From: a virus
IMG/VR virus record: IMGVR_UViG_3300022821_000014
Coordinates: 1-64,000 of that record
Length of the DNA stretch: 64,000 bases
Strand: one strand, 5' to 3'
Shown here: piece by piece, positions 10,501-19,330 of the stretch
Numbering within the stretch: position 1 is the first letter of the stretch
Layout: every line of letters starts with the position of its first letter
Position numbers and translations under genes: made by a program
Notes under the pieces: model-generated
Databases searched by the model: none
Told to the model about the DNA's origin: nothing
Seen by the model: only the letters and a program-made list of their open reading frames with translations

Positions 10501-12177
10501 GAAGGCCCCCTTTACGCCGCCGAGCATCTTTGTAAATCTTGCGGGATCAAACAGGTCACCTATACTAGTGAGAATGTCAGAAACCCCAGGGAAGAATTTA
10601 ACAAACATCTGGCCCACCTCACGTCCAGCCCGATAAGTCGCTCTCATAGCTCTACGCAAATTGCGCATTAACCCATAGAACTCTTTGGTACGCCTTATAC
10701 CTCTCAAGAACCCTTGCAAGAATATGTCAATGAAACCGCCCTTCAGGGCGCTTCCCGATTTAACTAATCGTTCAATTGAGCCTGCTAATTTTTGCATAGC
10801 TTCAGCTTGAGACACCTGTTGCTTCTCTGCGTTCTCCCCTTGTTTTTGAATGTCCTGATAGGACAAAGCCTGATTCTGCTGTGAGAAGACTAGGGAAGCT
10901 GTTTTTTCATCTAGGCCAGTTTGTGTGGCTAACAGAGCACGTTCTTGCCTGGTCATTGTTTCTATAGACCTGCCCGCAGCAAAGAAAGCCTTCCTTAAAC
11001 GGTCTATATTTGCCGCAGGATCCTGCTCTTGGACCAACTGCATTGTGTCCAACTGAATACCGAAAGCCTGTGACAACTGAGCTACCGATTCAGCTGCCTT
11101 GTCAAAATCAGCAAACTGGTCTAGCGCACCCGTGAGCTTCTCGATTTCTACACCAAGTTTTCGGGCGTACACAGACACCTGAGAAAGTTCTTGAACACCC
11201 AGGGAGCCGAAGTGTTCAAAATCATCCATCATATTACCGATGTCCTGGGAGATCAGGGCTCCGTTCATACCGAACGCTTCACCCATAGCGAATGCGGTCG
11301 AGGTCATGTGACGACCTACTTCTTGGATGGTGTCACCAGAACGAGCTGCGGTTTGGGTCATAGCCCGCATGCCCTCTTCAGTTAAATGTAAACCCTTTTG
11401 ATAGGCGAAAATTCTTTCGCCTCCCTCAGCTAATTGTCTTTGGAAATTGTGGAACAGAGGACCCATCTGCTCAGCAATCTCACGGAGCGCCGCCATGGAC
11501 TCAGCCATGTTTCCCATTGTACGCCAAACAGATAATCCAGTTTCAGCAAGTTGTCCACCAAAATGAGATATGCCACGCCAAGAGTCAATGACCGATTTAC
11601 CTTCGTTTGATGCAAGGTCGCCAAATGTCGCCCTAACCTTTTCGAACTCTTGTCTGAGCCCAGAGCCTCCGCTACCTACCTGGCCCATCAAACCAGTAAG
11701 CATCTTAAATGGCAGGGCTATAATAGATGCGCCAAGATTAAACAACGTTGATATGAGGCCACCCCCAATATTGATCAAACCAGACATGGCATTCATGGTG
11801 AGCTTGAAGCCACCCGCCATTCCCTCAATAGTTCCCACAACTGGGGCGAGCTTTAACATGGTTTTGCCGAAGCTCTCGGCCTTTTGGCCCATCTTGTCAA
11901 GGTTATCTACGTTTTCTTCAGCTGCGTCCCTAAGGTCCTGCATTACTTTGCCGCTGCTACCAAGTTCTTCAACGGCATCTGCTGCGTTTTTTACAGCTCC
12001 GCTCAAGTTTTCAATGCCACGACCAAGTCCTTCAACGTTCATCTGACGAACAGCCTCGGACATCTGCTGCATAATACCCAATTGGGTATTAAGCAAGGAT
12101 GTCTGTTTAGACATGAGCTTGTTCTGCTCTTCTAGGAGAGCTTTCAGCTCTTTTGCTTGTTCAATTGATGTGGCCAC
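7573..12177 (-). CDS. tail tape measure protein
   Basis: 1534 aa, helical Ala/Gly-rich, with a central hydrophobic region; located in the tail module. Confidence 0.85.
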   Translation of the reverse strand: MATSIEQAKELKALLEEQNKLMSKQTSLLNTQLGIMQQMSEAVRQMNVEGLGRGIENLSGAVKNAADAVEELGSSGKVMQDLRDAAEENVDNLDKMGQKAESFGKTMLKLAPVVGTIEGMAGGFKLTMNAMSGLINIGGGLISTLFNLGASIIALPFKMLTGLMGQVGSGGSGLRQEFEKVRATFGDLASNEGKSVIDSWRGISHFGGQLAETGLSVWRTMGNMAESMAALREIAEQMGPLFHNFQRQLAEGGERIFAYQKGLHLTEEGMRAMTQTAARSGDTIQEVGRHMTSTAFAMGEAFGMNGALISQDIGNMMDDFEHFGSLGVQELSQVSVYARKLGVEIEKLTGALDQFADFDKAAESVAQLSQAFGIQLDTMQLVQEQDPAANIDRLRKAFFAAGRSIETMTRQERALLATQTGLDEKTASLVFSQQNQALSYQDIQKQGENAEKQQVSQAEAMQKLAGSIERLVKSGSALKGGFIDIFLQGFLRGIRRTKEFYGLMRNLRRAMRATYRAGREVGQMFVKFFPGVSDILTSIGDLFDPARFTKMLGGVKGAFRDFFKEMTTNPNLALSNLLDRLKESFTDWFDSSTPSGRRMLNGFKTFGKALAVIFAGLARQVISGLTEVFRGITSFISGDPMGTMAGAAQDASSGVMGFLMEVFEPIVSFFESSEGRRLMNQLWESFTEMLEAGWGFVRPRLTSFLEDNWPTILGVLFGPAVIGGLVRGLGTALAGGLLKSMVFGIGSAVKGAPGAISGALKGMDRVARGGSVSRGGRQASAVGEAASSAGDAVKAARRTRISPGDVAKMALLATVITVGLIAVALAMTALAGHIQKAGISIEAIKGAALIMIATGAVMLEIAGVIAVLALAGEAIKSFALQVIIGVAAIGLVGAAMALGAREMIDMFQSYSESSINKTVRIMQATSVFFLAAAAVAAAAGVIGTVIVATYGAGAAVILTGLAALSNVILAMVDTTVQVLQAIGRIRLDSATERKMDLFTSVLTAIGSFAADVGTIAAATSPGLADLLGQGESMTDRLNSVGRLVQTMTASMTDVISTLISEADRLEGISGDTGAMERTRFLADMLSTIGTVARDLRPPDSFNDTSLWGELTGDTVNARTTQLAMFIVTVINSIKGALTQIVEQINQLAGSGGFSEEAITAASALGEIIGAVGTLARMMTTFVTQEFRDNPSELGSVSRTIGRVITTLLDAIIGTDGSNIFTRMVNVVRLVVDAITGLDSSQLGALKAATPLISSMFTAIAGMSALVGNLANSTGVASNPEQIGSIMASLVSVVEAVTSGFGEGITGMLDNLVSTFSAISPRAGRNIKVGVESISTIFEAIGQIIEQTTSFLSGSANGDITEMGNRMSDSLCAVFKVIYNPGGRFTLTDFVRGIGRPMELFSELGPSLETGAGGFLGALRSLGSILEGVANFTNGEYFAGVETIDTNLMMMTKDAVVGMVQHIGDIDSALQRLRVININTRLRELNNKLGLRSTGRLDIREEPIQFHVNFTVNIDAQELENVLISRPNSRFAGLE

Positions 12178-12250
12178 GTTTTACCTTGACTGCTGGTAAT
12201 TATCCCCTGACTTAGTTTTCAACGCCTATGAAGTTTCGTATACTCAATAC

Positions 12251-13060
12251 ATGCAATTAAAAATTGAAAAAGCAAACCAGACCAAGGCAGGAATCTACAA
12301 GATAACAAATTTACACAATGGACGCTTCTACATAGGAAGTGCCAAAAACCTTTCTTCAAGGTACAAATCACATCACTCAAGCCTTCGTCGAAACAAGCAC
12401 CATAACCAATACCTCCAGAACGACTGGAACAAGTATAAAGATACTGCCATATACGAGTTCACAGCAATCCAATTTACCAGCGAAGAACAACGATTGCTCG
12501 TCGAGCAAAAATGGCTCGACAAATTATTTGATGACCCAGGGTGCTGTAATCACAAAAGAAAGGTTAACTCAAAACCTAGAAGCCGATATTCCAACACTCC
12601 CGAAGAAACTGGAAGGAAAATATCAGAAATTCGCAAGAGAAACTGGAAGGACCTCAAGTATAGGAAAGAGCAGACCAAGAAGTTGAAAAAATATGCTTTC
12701 AAGCCTAAGACGTGTACTTTCATCAGCCCAGAAGGTAACGTGACAACCATCACCAATTATAGCGAATTTTGTAGAAACAACCCGCAATATAGAAAACAGG
12801 GGTTCGTTGGGCTCGGCCTCGAAAAAACAAAATCGTACAAAGGTTGGACAAAATACAAACCCACCAGCAAAAAAATTATTCAAATGAATAAGAACGGAGC
12901 CAAGACTTGGTGGTTTAGGAATCCCGCTGGTGAGGAAATCAAAATAATCAACCTACTTAAATTTTGTAGAGAAAATAGTTTAAGCTGTCCTAGTATGCAC
13001 ATGGTTCATAGTGGAAAGCGAAATTCTCACAAAGGATGGACAAAGGCAAATGCCTGGTAA
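12251..13060 (+). CDS. GIY-YIG homing endonuclease
   Basis: GIYKITNLHNGRFYIGSA...HHNQYLQNDWNKY; C-terminal repeated (Y/H)KGW DNA-binding modules. Confidence 0.85.
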   Translation: MQLKIEKANQTKAGIYKITNLHNGRFYIGSAKNLSSRYKSHHSSLRRNKHHNQYLQNDWNKYKDTAIYEFTAIQFTSEEQRLLVEQKWLDKLFDDPGCCNHKRKVNSKPRSRYSNTPEETGRKISEIRKRNWKDLKYRKEQTKKLKKYAFKPKTCTFISPEGNVTTITNYSEFCRNNPQYRKQGFVGLGLEKTKSYKGWTKYKPTSKKIIQMNKNGAKTWWFRNPAGEEIKIINLLKFCRENSLSCPSMHMVHSGKRNSHKGWTKANAW

Positions 13061-13409
13061 AAACCCAGAAAACAAGTGTATTGTGGGCCTAGAAGAGGCT
13101 CCCATTAAAGTCAAGGGCGAAAAGCTTGATGAAATTAAGCTCTCGTGGGCAGGTAAGTTATTCTTCGCTGGTGCAGCCGCCTACATTACTGGCAAAGGCT
13201 TACAGCAAAAGGTGAAGTTGCCCATCAAAGTTCGTGGGACTCCACAGCAAATGAGAGCTGTAGTCGATGCAATTGTCAGCTCGAAAGAGTTTCAAAGAGA
13301 GGTTGGTAAGCCTGGCGCTACAATTGACTCCGTTGTTAACAAACTGAGACTTCGGAACTTAACGAAGCAGCGATTCCAGCAATTGACTGGCGTTCCCTGG
13401 CCTCTTTGA
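13050..13409 (+). CDS. hypothetical protein
   Basis: MPGKNPENK...GVPWPL; ATG overlaps the end of the endonuclease gene. Confidence 0.6.
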   Translation: MPGKNPENKCIVGLEEAPIKVKGEKLDEIKLSWAGKLFFAGAAAYITGKGLQQKVKLPIKVRGTPQQMRAVVDAIVSSKEFQREVGKPGATIDSVVNKLRLRNLTKQRFQQLTGVPWPL

Positions 13410-13449
13410 CGCCATACAAAACACCCTCTAGACCTAGAAACGATACCAA

Positions 13450-13542
13450 ATGAAAATCACCAAAACGCAACTTAAAAAGTTAATTCAAGAAGCTGTTAGA
13501 GAGCAAGTCGAAGCTTGTTGCTTTTTTACGAGGGCAGGCTGA
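13450..13542 (+). pseudogene. leader-only ORF / gene remnant (30 aa)
   Basis: MKITKTQLKKLIQEAVREQVEACCFFTRAG*; a plausible continuation (KLVAFLRGQADILERFTEDL*) lies in another frame. Confidence 0.5.
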
Positions 13543-13629
13543 CATCCTAGAGAGATTCACCGAAGACTTGTAGAATGGTGGGGTAAAGGCGGTCGTCGTG
13601 CACAATTGTTTTCCCGCTTGGTTTGAATT

Positions 13630-13658
13630 AAAAAAGCCTCCCTTTTGGGAGGCTTTTT
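13630..13658. terminator. bidirectional rho-independent terminator
   Basis: AAAAAAGCCTCCC-TTTT-GGGAGGCTTTTT between convergent genes. Confidence 0.85.
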
Positions 13659-13677
13659 GGTTACTGCTATGACTAGT

Positions 13678-14331
13678 TCATAGTCCGAGGCGGCGTAGTT
13701 CCTCAAGGGTGGCCTGCGGGTTGTCGAATTGGTGGTGAATAGCAAGTCCACCCGCATTCCTCCACGGAACCACATATTTTGGAAGGTCATCGATGAGCAA
13801 TGCTACTTTACCTGCCTCAGCCACACGACGGATTTCTTCATGCTTTGTATGAGTGATAACAATACGGTTTCTGCCGAGACCAAGTTCACGCTTGACCCAA
13901 TCAGTTTTGCCCTTCTTTGAGTTGGGACCCATCGGGCCCGTACAAATTGTTGGGCGGTAACACTCAATATGTTCCCACAACTCACGACCGCCAGGCATCC
14001 AGTCTAAGCTGGCCCACCAAGAGCGATTGTCGGAAATGAGAGTGTACATGAGGCTACGAACCTTTTTCTTTAACTGAGGGGAGGTCTTGCCTACATTGTC
14101 AAAGCAAACGGGATTGCCCACGAGCCCAGCATCCAGGTCACCGTCAAGCTCTTGGACTGCTTTTTTTATTGCCTTGTAGAACTTTGGACTACGTTCTTTG
14201 TATCGGTTTGGTGCCGCTGCGGCCTGTTCGATTGTCTCATTCATATGAGACACAACGCCACCCATGAAGTTAACAAGGACTCCATCCAGGTCACAGAATA
14301 CTCTGAGTTTATTTCGGTCTATCTTCATCAT
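13678..14331 (-). CDS. HAD-family 5'(3')-deoxyribonucleotidase-like
   Basis: VFCDLDGVLVNF, K..W, LLIDD motifs. Confidence 0.8.
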   Translation of the reverse strand: MMKIDRNKLRVFCDLDGVLVNFMGGVVSHMNETIEQAAAAPNRYKERSPKFYKAIKKAVQELDGDLDAGLVGNPVCFDNVGKTSPQLKKKVRSLMYTLISDNRSWWASLDWMPGGRELWEHIECYRPTICTGPMGPNSKKGKTDWVKRELGLGRNRIVITHTKHEEIRRVAEAGKVALLIDDLPKYVVPWRNAGGLAIHHQFDNPQATLEELRRLGL

Positions 14332-14989
14332 TGAACGTTTCTACTAGGTTTGCCCACTGTGCTACAGCAACCCCTTCTACAGAGTCATCGCCACCAACAC
14401 CTAACCATAGTTTAGTATCTGAGTGGTCATGATTGTAATTGCCACCAGAAGCCTTGTTGAGAATATGAACCAGTTCATGAATTGCAGGTTGTGCCCTATC
14501 AATCGTTGTCTTCATATGTTTGCTGCGAATTACTGCAATTGGAGTCCGCTTGGTGCCGAACATACCCACTACACTAGTGCTGTAGGCTGCTGTTCCTTTT
14601 GACCAGGCCTGCCACCATGAAGCGTTTCCTGTTTCATAGTTTTGATCGGTCTGATATAAGAATACTACACGATCTTCACCAGCTTTTTGAACTCCTTTTT
14701 TACTAAAAGCCGATTCGGTTGCTGCGATAGCTGCTGCACACTTTTTTGCAAGTTCTACTGCATCAATTTTAGTGCCGTCGACCAGCCAAGCGGTTACCTC
14801 CGAGGTGTCCTTGTCCCTAATTACCGCAATGTCATTATCAACGATGACGATTGCCTTGTTTCCAGCAATTTCTGCTTCTACCCTATGCCCTTCAGGCAGT
14901 TTAGGACCCTTCACTATTTTTACAATGACAAAGATGCCCAGGGCCAAAAAAGCCACTAACGTTACAATTAAAATGATCAAACCTTCCAT
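14309..14989 (-). CDS. membrane-anchored protein with HExxH zinc-peptidase-like motif
   Basis: N-terminal TM helix; PAIHELVHILNKASGGNYNHDH. Confidence 0.55.
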   Translation of the reverse strand: MEGLIILIVTLVAFLALGIFVIVKIVKGPKLPEGHRVEAEIAGNKAIVIVDNDIAVIRDKDTSEVTAWLVDGTKIDAVELAKKCAAAIAATESAFSKKGVQKAGEDRVVFLYQTDQNYETGNASWWQAWSKGTAAYSTSVVGMFGTKRTPIAVIRSKHMKTTIDRAQPAIHELVHILNKASGGNYNHDHSDTKLWLGVGGDDSVEGVAVAQWANLVETFNDEDRPK

Positions 14990-15025
14990 AGTCTTCTCCC
15001 TTTGTTGATAAGTAGAGCAACGAAT

Positions 15026-15057
15026 AAAAGAAAAGGCGGCCAGAGCTGGCCGCCTTT
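15026..15057 (-). terminator. rho-independent terminator
   Basis: AAAGGCGGCCAG/CTGGCCGCCTTT inverted repeat followed on the minus strand by a T-rich tract. Confidence 0.75.
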
Positions 15058-15076
15058 CCTGAGTTTCATTTTAAGC

Positions 15077-16057
15077 TTAGCGAAGTGTATCCATCGAAAG
15101 CGCTTCTTCGACAAGCTCCTGACAAAGTTCGTCGATCTCCTCTGTCCGAGGCTTCTCAGGAAGTGTTGACGCATCGTAGAGTGCCTGCATCTCACTTTCC
15201 TGCTTGTCGGCCCACTCGATTAGTTCGTCGTAGCTCCAGGCACCATTTCGGATAGCCAGAAGCTCCTCAGCATCGGGGCGGCGAACATTCACTGTGCCGT
15301 CTGTGAGGATCTCACGACACATCCTCATAAGTCGAACAAGGTGCCCCGCATGCTTGGTATCAAAACCAAAGTCAGCCTCAAGCGCCGCTCGCTTCTTGTT
15401 GCGGTTCCGCTTCCAACCCTCGTATTGCTTCCACTCACGGTGTGCACCCTGATACTTCTGTTCCTGACAGAACAGGTGCATAACACTGTCATCAAGCTTG
15501 ATGTTTTGTTCGATCAACTTTTCGGTCGCACCCAACTCGCTTGCTGAGAGCTTACATTCCGTAGGCAGCCCGAACTCTTCACGTGTAGGCTTGTGCGTGG
15601 GAGGCTCTAAAAGCCAACGCTTGTGACCCTTGATCCGCTTCAGCTGCTGATGGGCATATCCGCTAAAAGTGAATTTGGCTTTCTTGCTCAAAAACATCTC
15701 ACGGTGGTCGTAGAGCTTTCGGTACAGCGAAGTTTCAACAATCCAATCCTCGGGGTCAGTAAACAAAACTTCGATGATGTTGGGGTTGGTCTGGCTTGCA
15801 AGCTTCATGAACTTGCGGAGACCATAAACGACCATATCATAAGGGTCATTTCCCTCGACCTGCTCGAAAGTGTTGCGAAGGCCATGGAAGTACTCCTTCG
15901 GCGGGATGCAGAGACCCTTGATGTCGATGTCCGACGTTGGCATCGATGTGCCATATGCTCTACTGCCGTGCACTGTCATAAAGATGGTGCGCTTCTCAAG
16001 CCAGGGGCAAGCCCCGTTGTAGCCCTCGAAAGGGTCAAATGTCCATTTCTTGGTCAT
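15077..16057 (-). CDS. Pol-beta-type nucleotidyltransferase (YcgL/RlaP-like)
   Basis: HGSRAYGTSMPTSDIDIKG, NPNIIEVLF, FSGYAHQQL, DTKHAGHLVRL. Confidence 0.85.
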   Translation of the reverse strand: MTKKWTFDPFEGYNGACPWLEKRTIFMTVHGSRAYGTSMPTSDIDIKGLCIPPKEYFHGLRNTFEQVEGNDPYDMVVYGLRKFMKLASQTNPNIIEVLFTDPEDWIVETSLYRKLYDHREMFLSKKAKFTFSGYAHQQLKRIKGHKRWLLEPPTHKPTREEFGLPTECKLSASELGATEKLIEQNIKLDDSVMHLFCQEQKYQGAHREWKQYEGWKRNRNKKRAALEADFGFDTKHAGHLVRLMRMCREILTDGTVNVRRPDAEELLAIRNGAWSYDELIEWADKQESEMQALYDASTLPEKPRTEEIDELCQELVEEALSMDTLR

Positions 16058-16093
16058 GTTTTGCTCGCTTCCTTAGGAGAATGAAAGACAGGT

Positions 16094-16387
16094 TTAAAAA
16101 CTGTAGTTGATATGGCTGTTCAGCCCGATGGCATATGGCATTAGGACGGCGACCTTCTTACCGTCTTCAAACAAGATACCTTGTCGAAGGACCAAGTGTG
16201 ACGCATCCTTGAAATTCATGCTTTGCCGCATGTCTTCCGAACAACCTAGGTAAATATCACCCAGGCTACACTCAGGGTTTGCAGGAACAAACATGGCCTG
16301 GTACCGTGCTGGGGAGTTAAAACTGCCGTCTTTTTTCAGCCACATAACAGAAATGTCAGTATTGTACACTTTTTTTGTCTTGGTCAT
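16094..16387 (-). CDS. hypothetical protein
   Basis: 97-aa ORF with GAGG RBS. Confidence 0.55.
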   Translation of the reverse strand: MTKTKKVYNTDISVMWLKKDGSFNSPARYQAMFVPANPECSLGDIYLGCSEDMRQSMNFKDASHLVLRQGILFEDGKKVAVLMPYAIGLNSHINYSF

Positions 16388-16431
16388 ACCTCATTATGAC
16401 ATATTCAGGGAGTTTATGAACCTCTTTTAGA

Positions 16432-16725
16432 TTATTCTTCGGGTTTTTCTTTGTTGGCTTTCTCTTTCTGGAGTCCGAGTAAGCCGTAACCAACAATGTC
16501 CCCATATGGGTTTTCACCGAAAGCGTCCTTTTTGGTGGCAATCCGTTTCATCTTGTCAAAGATGCGTACCACACAAAGCATGTCAGTGTACTTCTCGGGT
16601 GGCACTCCGTTAGGATAGAGAAGTTTCAGAAATTCCCCTGCGTCCCTAAACGAACTCCCGTAAGCCTTGTCTTTCTCGTCAACAAGCGCTCCTACTGTTT
16701 TTCCTAAATCTTCGAACTTGCCCAT
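16432..16725 (-). CDS. nucleotide-modification-associated small helical protein (DUF1599-like)
   Basis: KDKAYGSSF...RIFDKMKRI...DIVGYGLLG; start moved to MGKFEDLG. Confidence 0.65.
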   Translation of the reverse strand: MGKFEDLGKTVGALVDEKDKAYGSSFRDAGEFLKLLYPNGVPPEKYTDMLCVVRIFDKMKRIATKKDAFGENPYGDIVGYGLLGLQKEKANKEKPEE

Positions 16726-16842
16726 TCTCTTCCTGCCTTTCTCTGGGTGAGTGTAGCATGGCTTGAATCTACTTGAAATGCAATTCGACACGCTATTTAC
16801 AACAAATGGCATTTCTAATGTCGATAACTGGAAGACCGTTAG

Positions 16843-17385
16843 ATGGGTTGTCATAAAAAAGTTGGCGAAAAGCATGTGAAGATCAAAGATGAGATCTCAG
16901 GTTATGACAAGGATGTCCTAATCAAAACATACCGACTCCCTAGCGGGGTCCTCGAAAACTTCTTTGTTGATGATAACAACGATTCAGTCCAAATACTAGC
17001 TATCTGTGAAGATGGTATGGTGCTCACTGTGAAACAGTTCCGTCCTGGCCTTGAGAAGGACTGTGTAGAGCTTCCAGGCGGCGGTTTGGAGCCTGGCGAA
17101 GATCCAAAAGAAGCGGCCGTTAGGGAACTTATAGAAGAAACTGGATTCCAAAGCGGAACCATGACTTTCCTTGGAAAGGTTCCATACAGCCCTTACTCAA
17201 CAGGATTTCGATATATGTTTGTCGCTGATGGTTGTGAACGTGTTAGCCGCTTGAACCTGGACGAGAATGAATTCCTAAAGGTCATCAAATGGCCAATGGA
17301 AAGGTTCCGTGAAGAGATCAAAAAAGGAGGTATCAGGGGAACTGATTGCGCCTATGCTGGCCTGGACCAACTAAACCTACTTTAG
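16843..17385 (+). CDS. NUDIX hydrolase (ADP-ribose pyrophosphatase-like)
   Basis: ELPGGGLEPGEDPKEAAVRELIEETG Nudix box; KQFRP; LDENEFL. Confidence 0.9.
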   Translation: MGCHKKVGEKHVKIKDEISGYDKDVLIKTYRLPSGVLENFFVDDNNDSVQILAICEDGMVLTVKQFRPGLEKDCVELPGGGLEPGEDPKEAAVRELIEETGFQSGTMTFLGKVPYSPYSTGFRYMFVADGCERVSRLNLDENEFLKVIKWPMERFREEIKKGGIRGTDCAYAGLDQLNLL

Positions 17386-17705
17386 TCGTCTATTGGTTGT
17401 CCTTCTAGGATCTTAACACGAATTACAGTTCTAAGGCTTGTGTGTTCCAATTCAGTAAGTCGTGTATCAGTGGCTGATTGCCAGTCACGACGGTTCTCAT
17501 TCACATCTTCTCTGAGACTTAGGATCTGTTGCCTTAGGCTCGTTGTCTCCCTCGTCTGGAGTTCAATTTGGTAACGTGTCTCAGCCTTAAACACAAAATA
17601 CCCGACTACTATTGTGCCTAAAGTTACTACAATTGGTAACCAGGTTTTGGTTATAGAGGCTATTTTATCTAGCGTAAGTGGTGATTCTTTTTTACCGTCT
17701 GGCAT
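17382..17705 (-). CDS. single-TM coiled-coil protein
   Basis: WLPIVVTLGTIVVGYFVF followed by a coiled coil; TACTTA 8 nt upstream of the ATG. Confidence 0.55.
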   Translation of the reverse strand: MPDGKKESPLTLDKIASITKTWLPIVVTLGTIVVGYFVFKAETRYQIELQTRETTSLRQQILSLREDVNENRRDWQSATDTRLTELEHTSLRTVIRVKILEGQPIDD

Positions 17706-17731
17706 AACATTCGTAAGTAGTGTCACGAATA

Positions 17732-17977
17732 TCAGGAATCTTCTTCACCTGAATCTGGCCTGGTAACAACTCTATCCGAACTTCCACTGCTGTAAGTGTA
17801 ATCCAGGAAAAACAATAGATCAGATGGTAACGTCATCGGTTGGACTGATACCATCTCGTTGACAAAATTACTTGGGAAGATTCGTCTGGAGAATGGGAAG
17901 GTGCGACTAGACTTGTATCTGGCAATCAGCTTACGGAAGCCTTTCACCGTCAACTTTAGTTCGTCGCAATCATTCAT
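17732..17977 (-). CDS. mini-protein: shared leader helix + major-capsid-protein (Gol-region)-like fragment
   Basis: LTVKGFRKLIARYKS then FPFSRRIFPSNFVNEMVSVQPMTLPSDLLFFLDYTY, matching the gp23 pattern RR..P.......VQPM..P.G..F. Confidence 0.7.
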   Translation of the reverse strand: MNDCDELKLTVKGFRKLIARYKSSRTFPFSRRIFPSNFVNEMVSVQPMTLPSDLLFFLDYTYSSGSSDRVVTRPDSGEEDS

Positions 17978-18046
17978 ATTGCCTTGGCCCAACCTCGACT
18001 CCTGCCTGTAGAATCAGTGTAATTTTGAGGTCTCATTTTGTATGGC

Positions 18047-18335
18047 CTACGTAAATCTTCGAAGTTTACTTGGCACAACTGCTCTTTGTTTACCAGACAT
18101 GGCTCGGACATCGGGTGTGTTATGGTGAGCCCCCTTTGAAGGAACCTGTGAACCACCACCCTTGTTAACTTCAACAGCTTTACGGATTTCCTTGTCAATT
18201 CTTTCGATGAGCCAACGTCGGTACCGCACAGGCATGTTGTAGTATGTCCTGAAATCTAGTCCAAAGTAGTACCCAAGCAAGAAGAAGGGTTCAAGGAAAA
18301 CTAACTCTCTATGTTCTGGCGTTAGGCCAAAAAAA
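18047..18335 (-). CDS. tail assembly chaperone frameshift extension (GT-like)
   Basis: FFGLTPEHRELVFLEPFFLLGYYFGLDFRTYYNMPVRYRRWLIERI overlaps the chaperone end at a T7 run. Confidence 0.7.
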
Positions 18336-19217
18336 CGTGGGGCCCATGGGAAGAGCAATGTCTGCCACATGGTCACAATTCTGGCACATGAATTCTACGG
18401 TCATGTCCACACCTGGTTCATTCTCATCGATGTATTGTCGGAGAGCAAGAGAGTCACGTGCAGGCATATACTGCACAAATTTGGAAATCTGACCTCTGTC
18501 GGTCACGCCATCAATCTCGACGATGGAAGATAGGAGCCTTGTCGTGATTAGGTTTTCGTTCTGGATGCCCTTCTTCTTTTTGACTTCAAGTGCCTGAAGG
18601 ATCTTTTCCTCTTCTTCACCCGTGAGGAACCTGAATCCTATACGCCTTTTGGTCATTGGAAGGTCGAAGTAGAAAAGGTTGGCAAAGTCGTTACCAGGAG
18701 TAAGTTTTAATGGCTTGATGTCGAGGGACGCAAGGTCAACCTGTAGTTCATTTTGTACGCTGCAAGACGGGCAGTTGAATACAGGGTTGTACTCACGGCC
18801 ATAGCCCGAGACTCGGATTGCAACCATGAGTGCATTTCGGTCACCAGAAATCATCTCATTTACATTGACAGACTTATCCAGAAGACAAGACTTGATCAGC
18901 TCAGTAATAACCGTGCCCTTTTTGATGTAAGCACGGCTCATAAGAATATCTTCTTCCCGTGCAGTCATTGCTCGGAACTCGACACGAGTTTTGGCGTGCA
19001 GAGCGTGACCTGCTTCGTATATACGACCTGCTGAAGGCAGTGGTACAGCGTCAACAGGGATATCGAGGCCAAGCTCTTGTTTGGCATACTCCTGCCTGCT
19101 AAGTGGTTGCAATTCGCCCCCACTAGCATCCTCTGCCGCCTGTTTGGCGGCGAACACAGAGTTGCGTAGTTCACGCCTCTCATCTTCAGTCATCGGTTGT
19201 TGTTGGCCTTCGGACAT
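18309..19217 (-). CDS. tail/baseplate assembly chaperone (T4 gp26-like)
   Basis: VPLPSAG..Y, MTAREEDIL, GDRNALMVAIRVSGYG, two CxxC pairs, ends FFWP. Confidence 0.8.
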   Translation of the reverse strand: MSEGQQQPMTEDERRELRNSVFAAKQAAEDASGGELQPLSRQEYAKQELGLDIPVDAVPLPSAGRIYEAGHALHAKTRVEFRAMTAREEDILMSRAYIKKGTVITELIKSCLLDKSVNVNEMISGDRNALMVAIRVSGYGREYNPVFNCPSCSVQNELQVDLASLDIKPLKLTPGNDFANLFYFDLPMTKRRIGFRFLTGEEEEKILQALEVKKKKGIQNENLITTRLLSSIVEIDGVTDRGQISKFVQYMPARDSLALRQYIDENEPGVDMTVEFMCQNCDHVADIALPMGPTFFWPNART

Positions 19218-19330
19218 TAATTTAACTCCTTGTTACATTGTTGTGGGCAAATCATATGTATGTCTGACCTATTTTTCTCAACACTCATTTATTCACCTCA
19301 ACAAATGACAATCTTGCCATAAAACTCAGG

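Noticed and set aside
8159-10636. Long plus-strand ORFs (363 and 391 aa)
   Set aside because: Antisense shadows of the tape measure gene, with no recognisable motifs.
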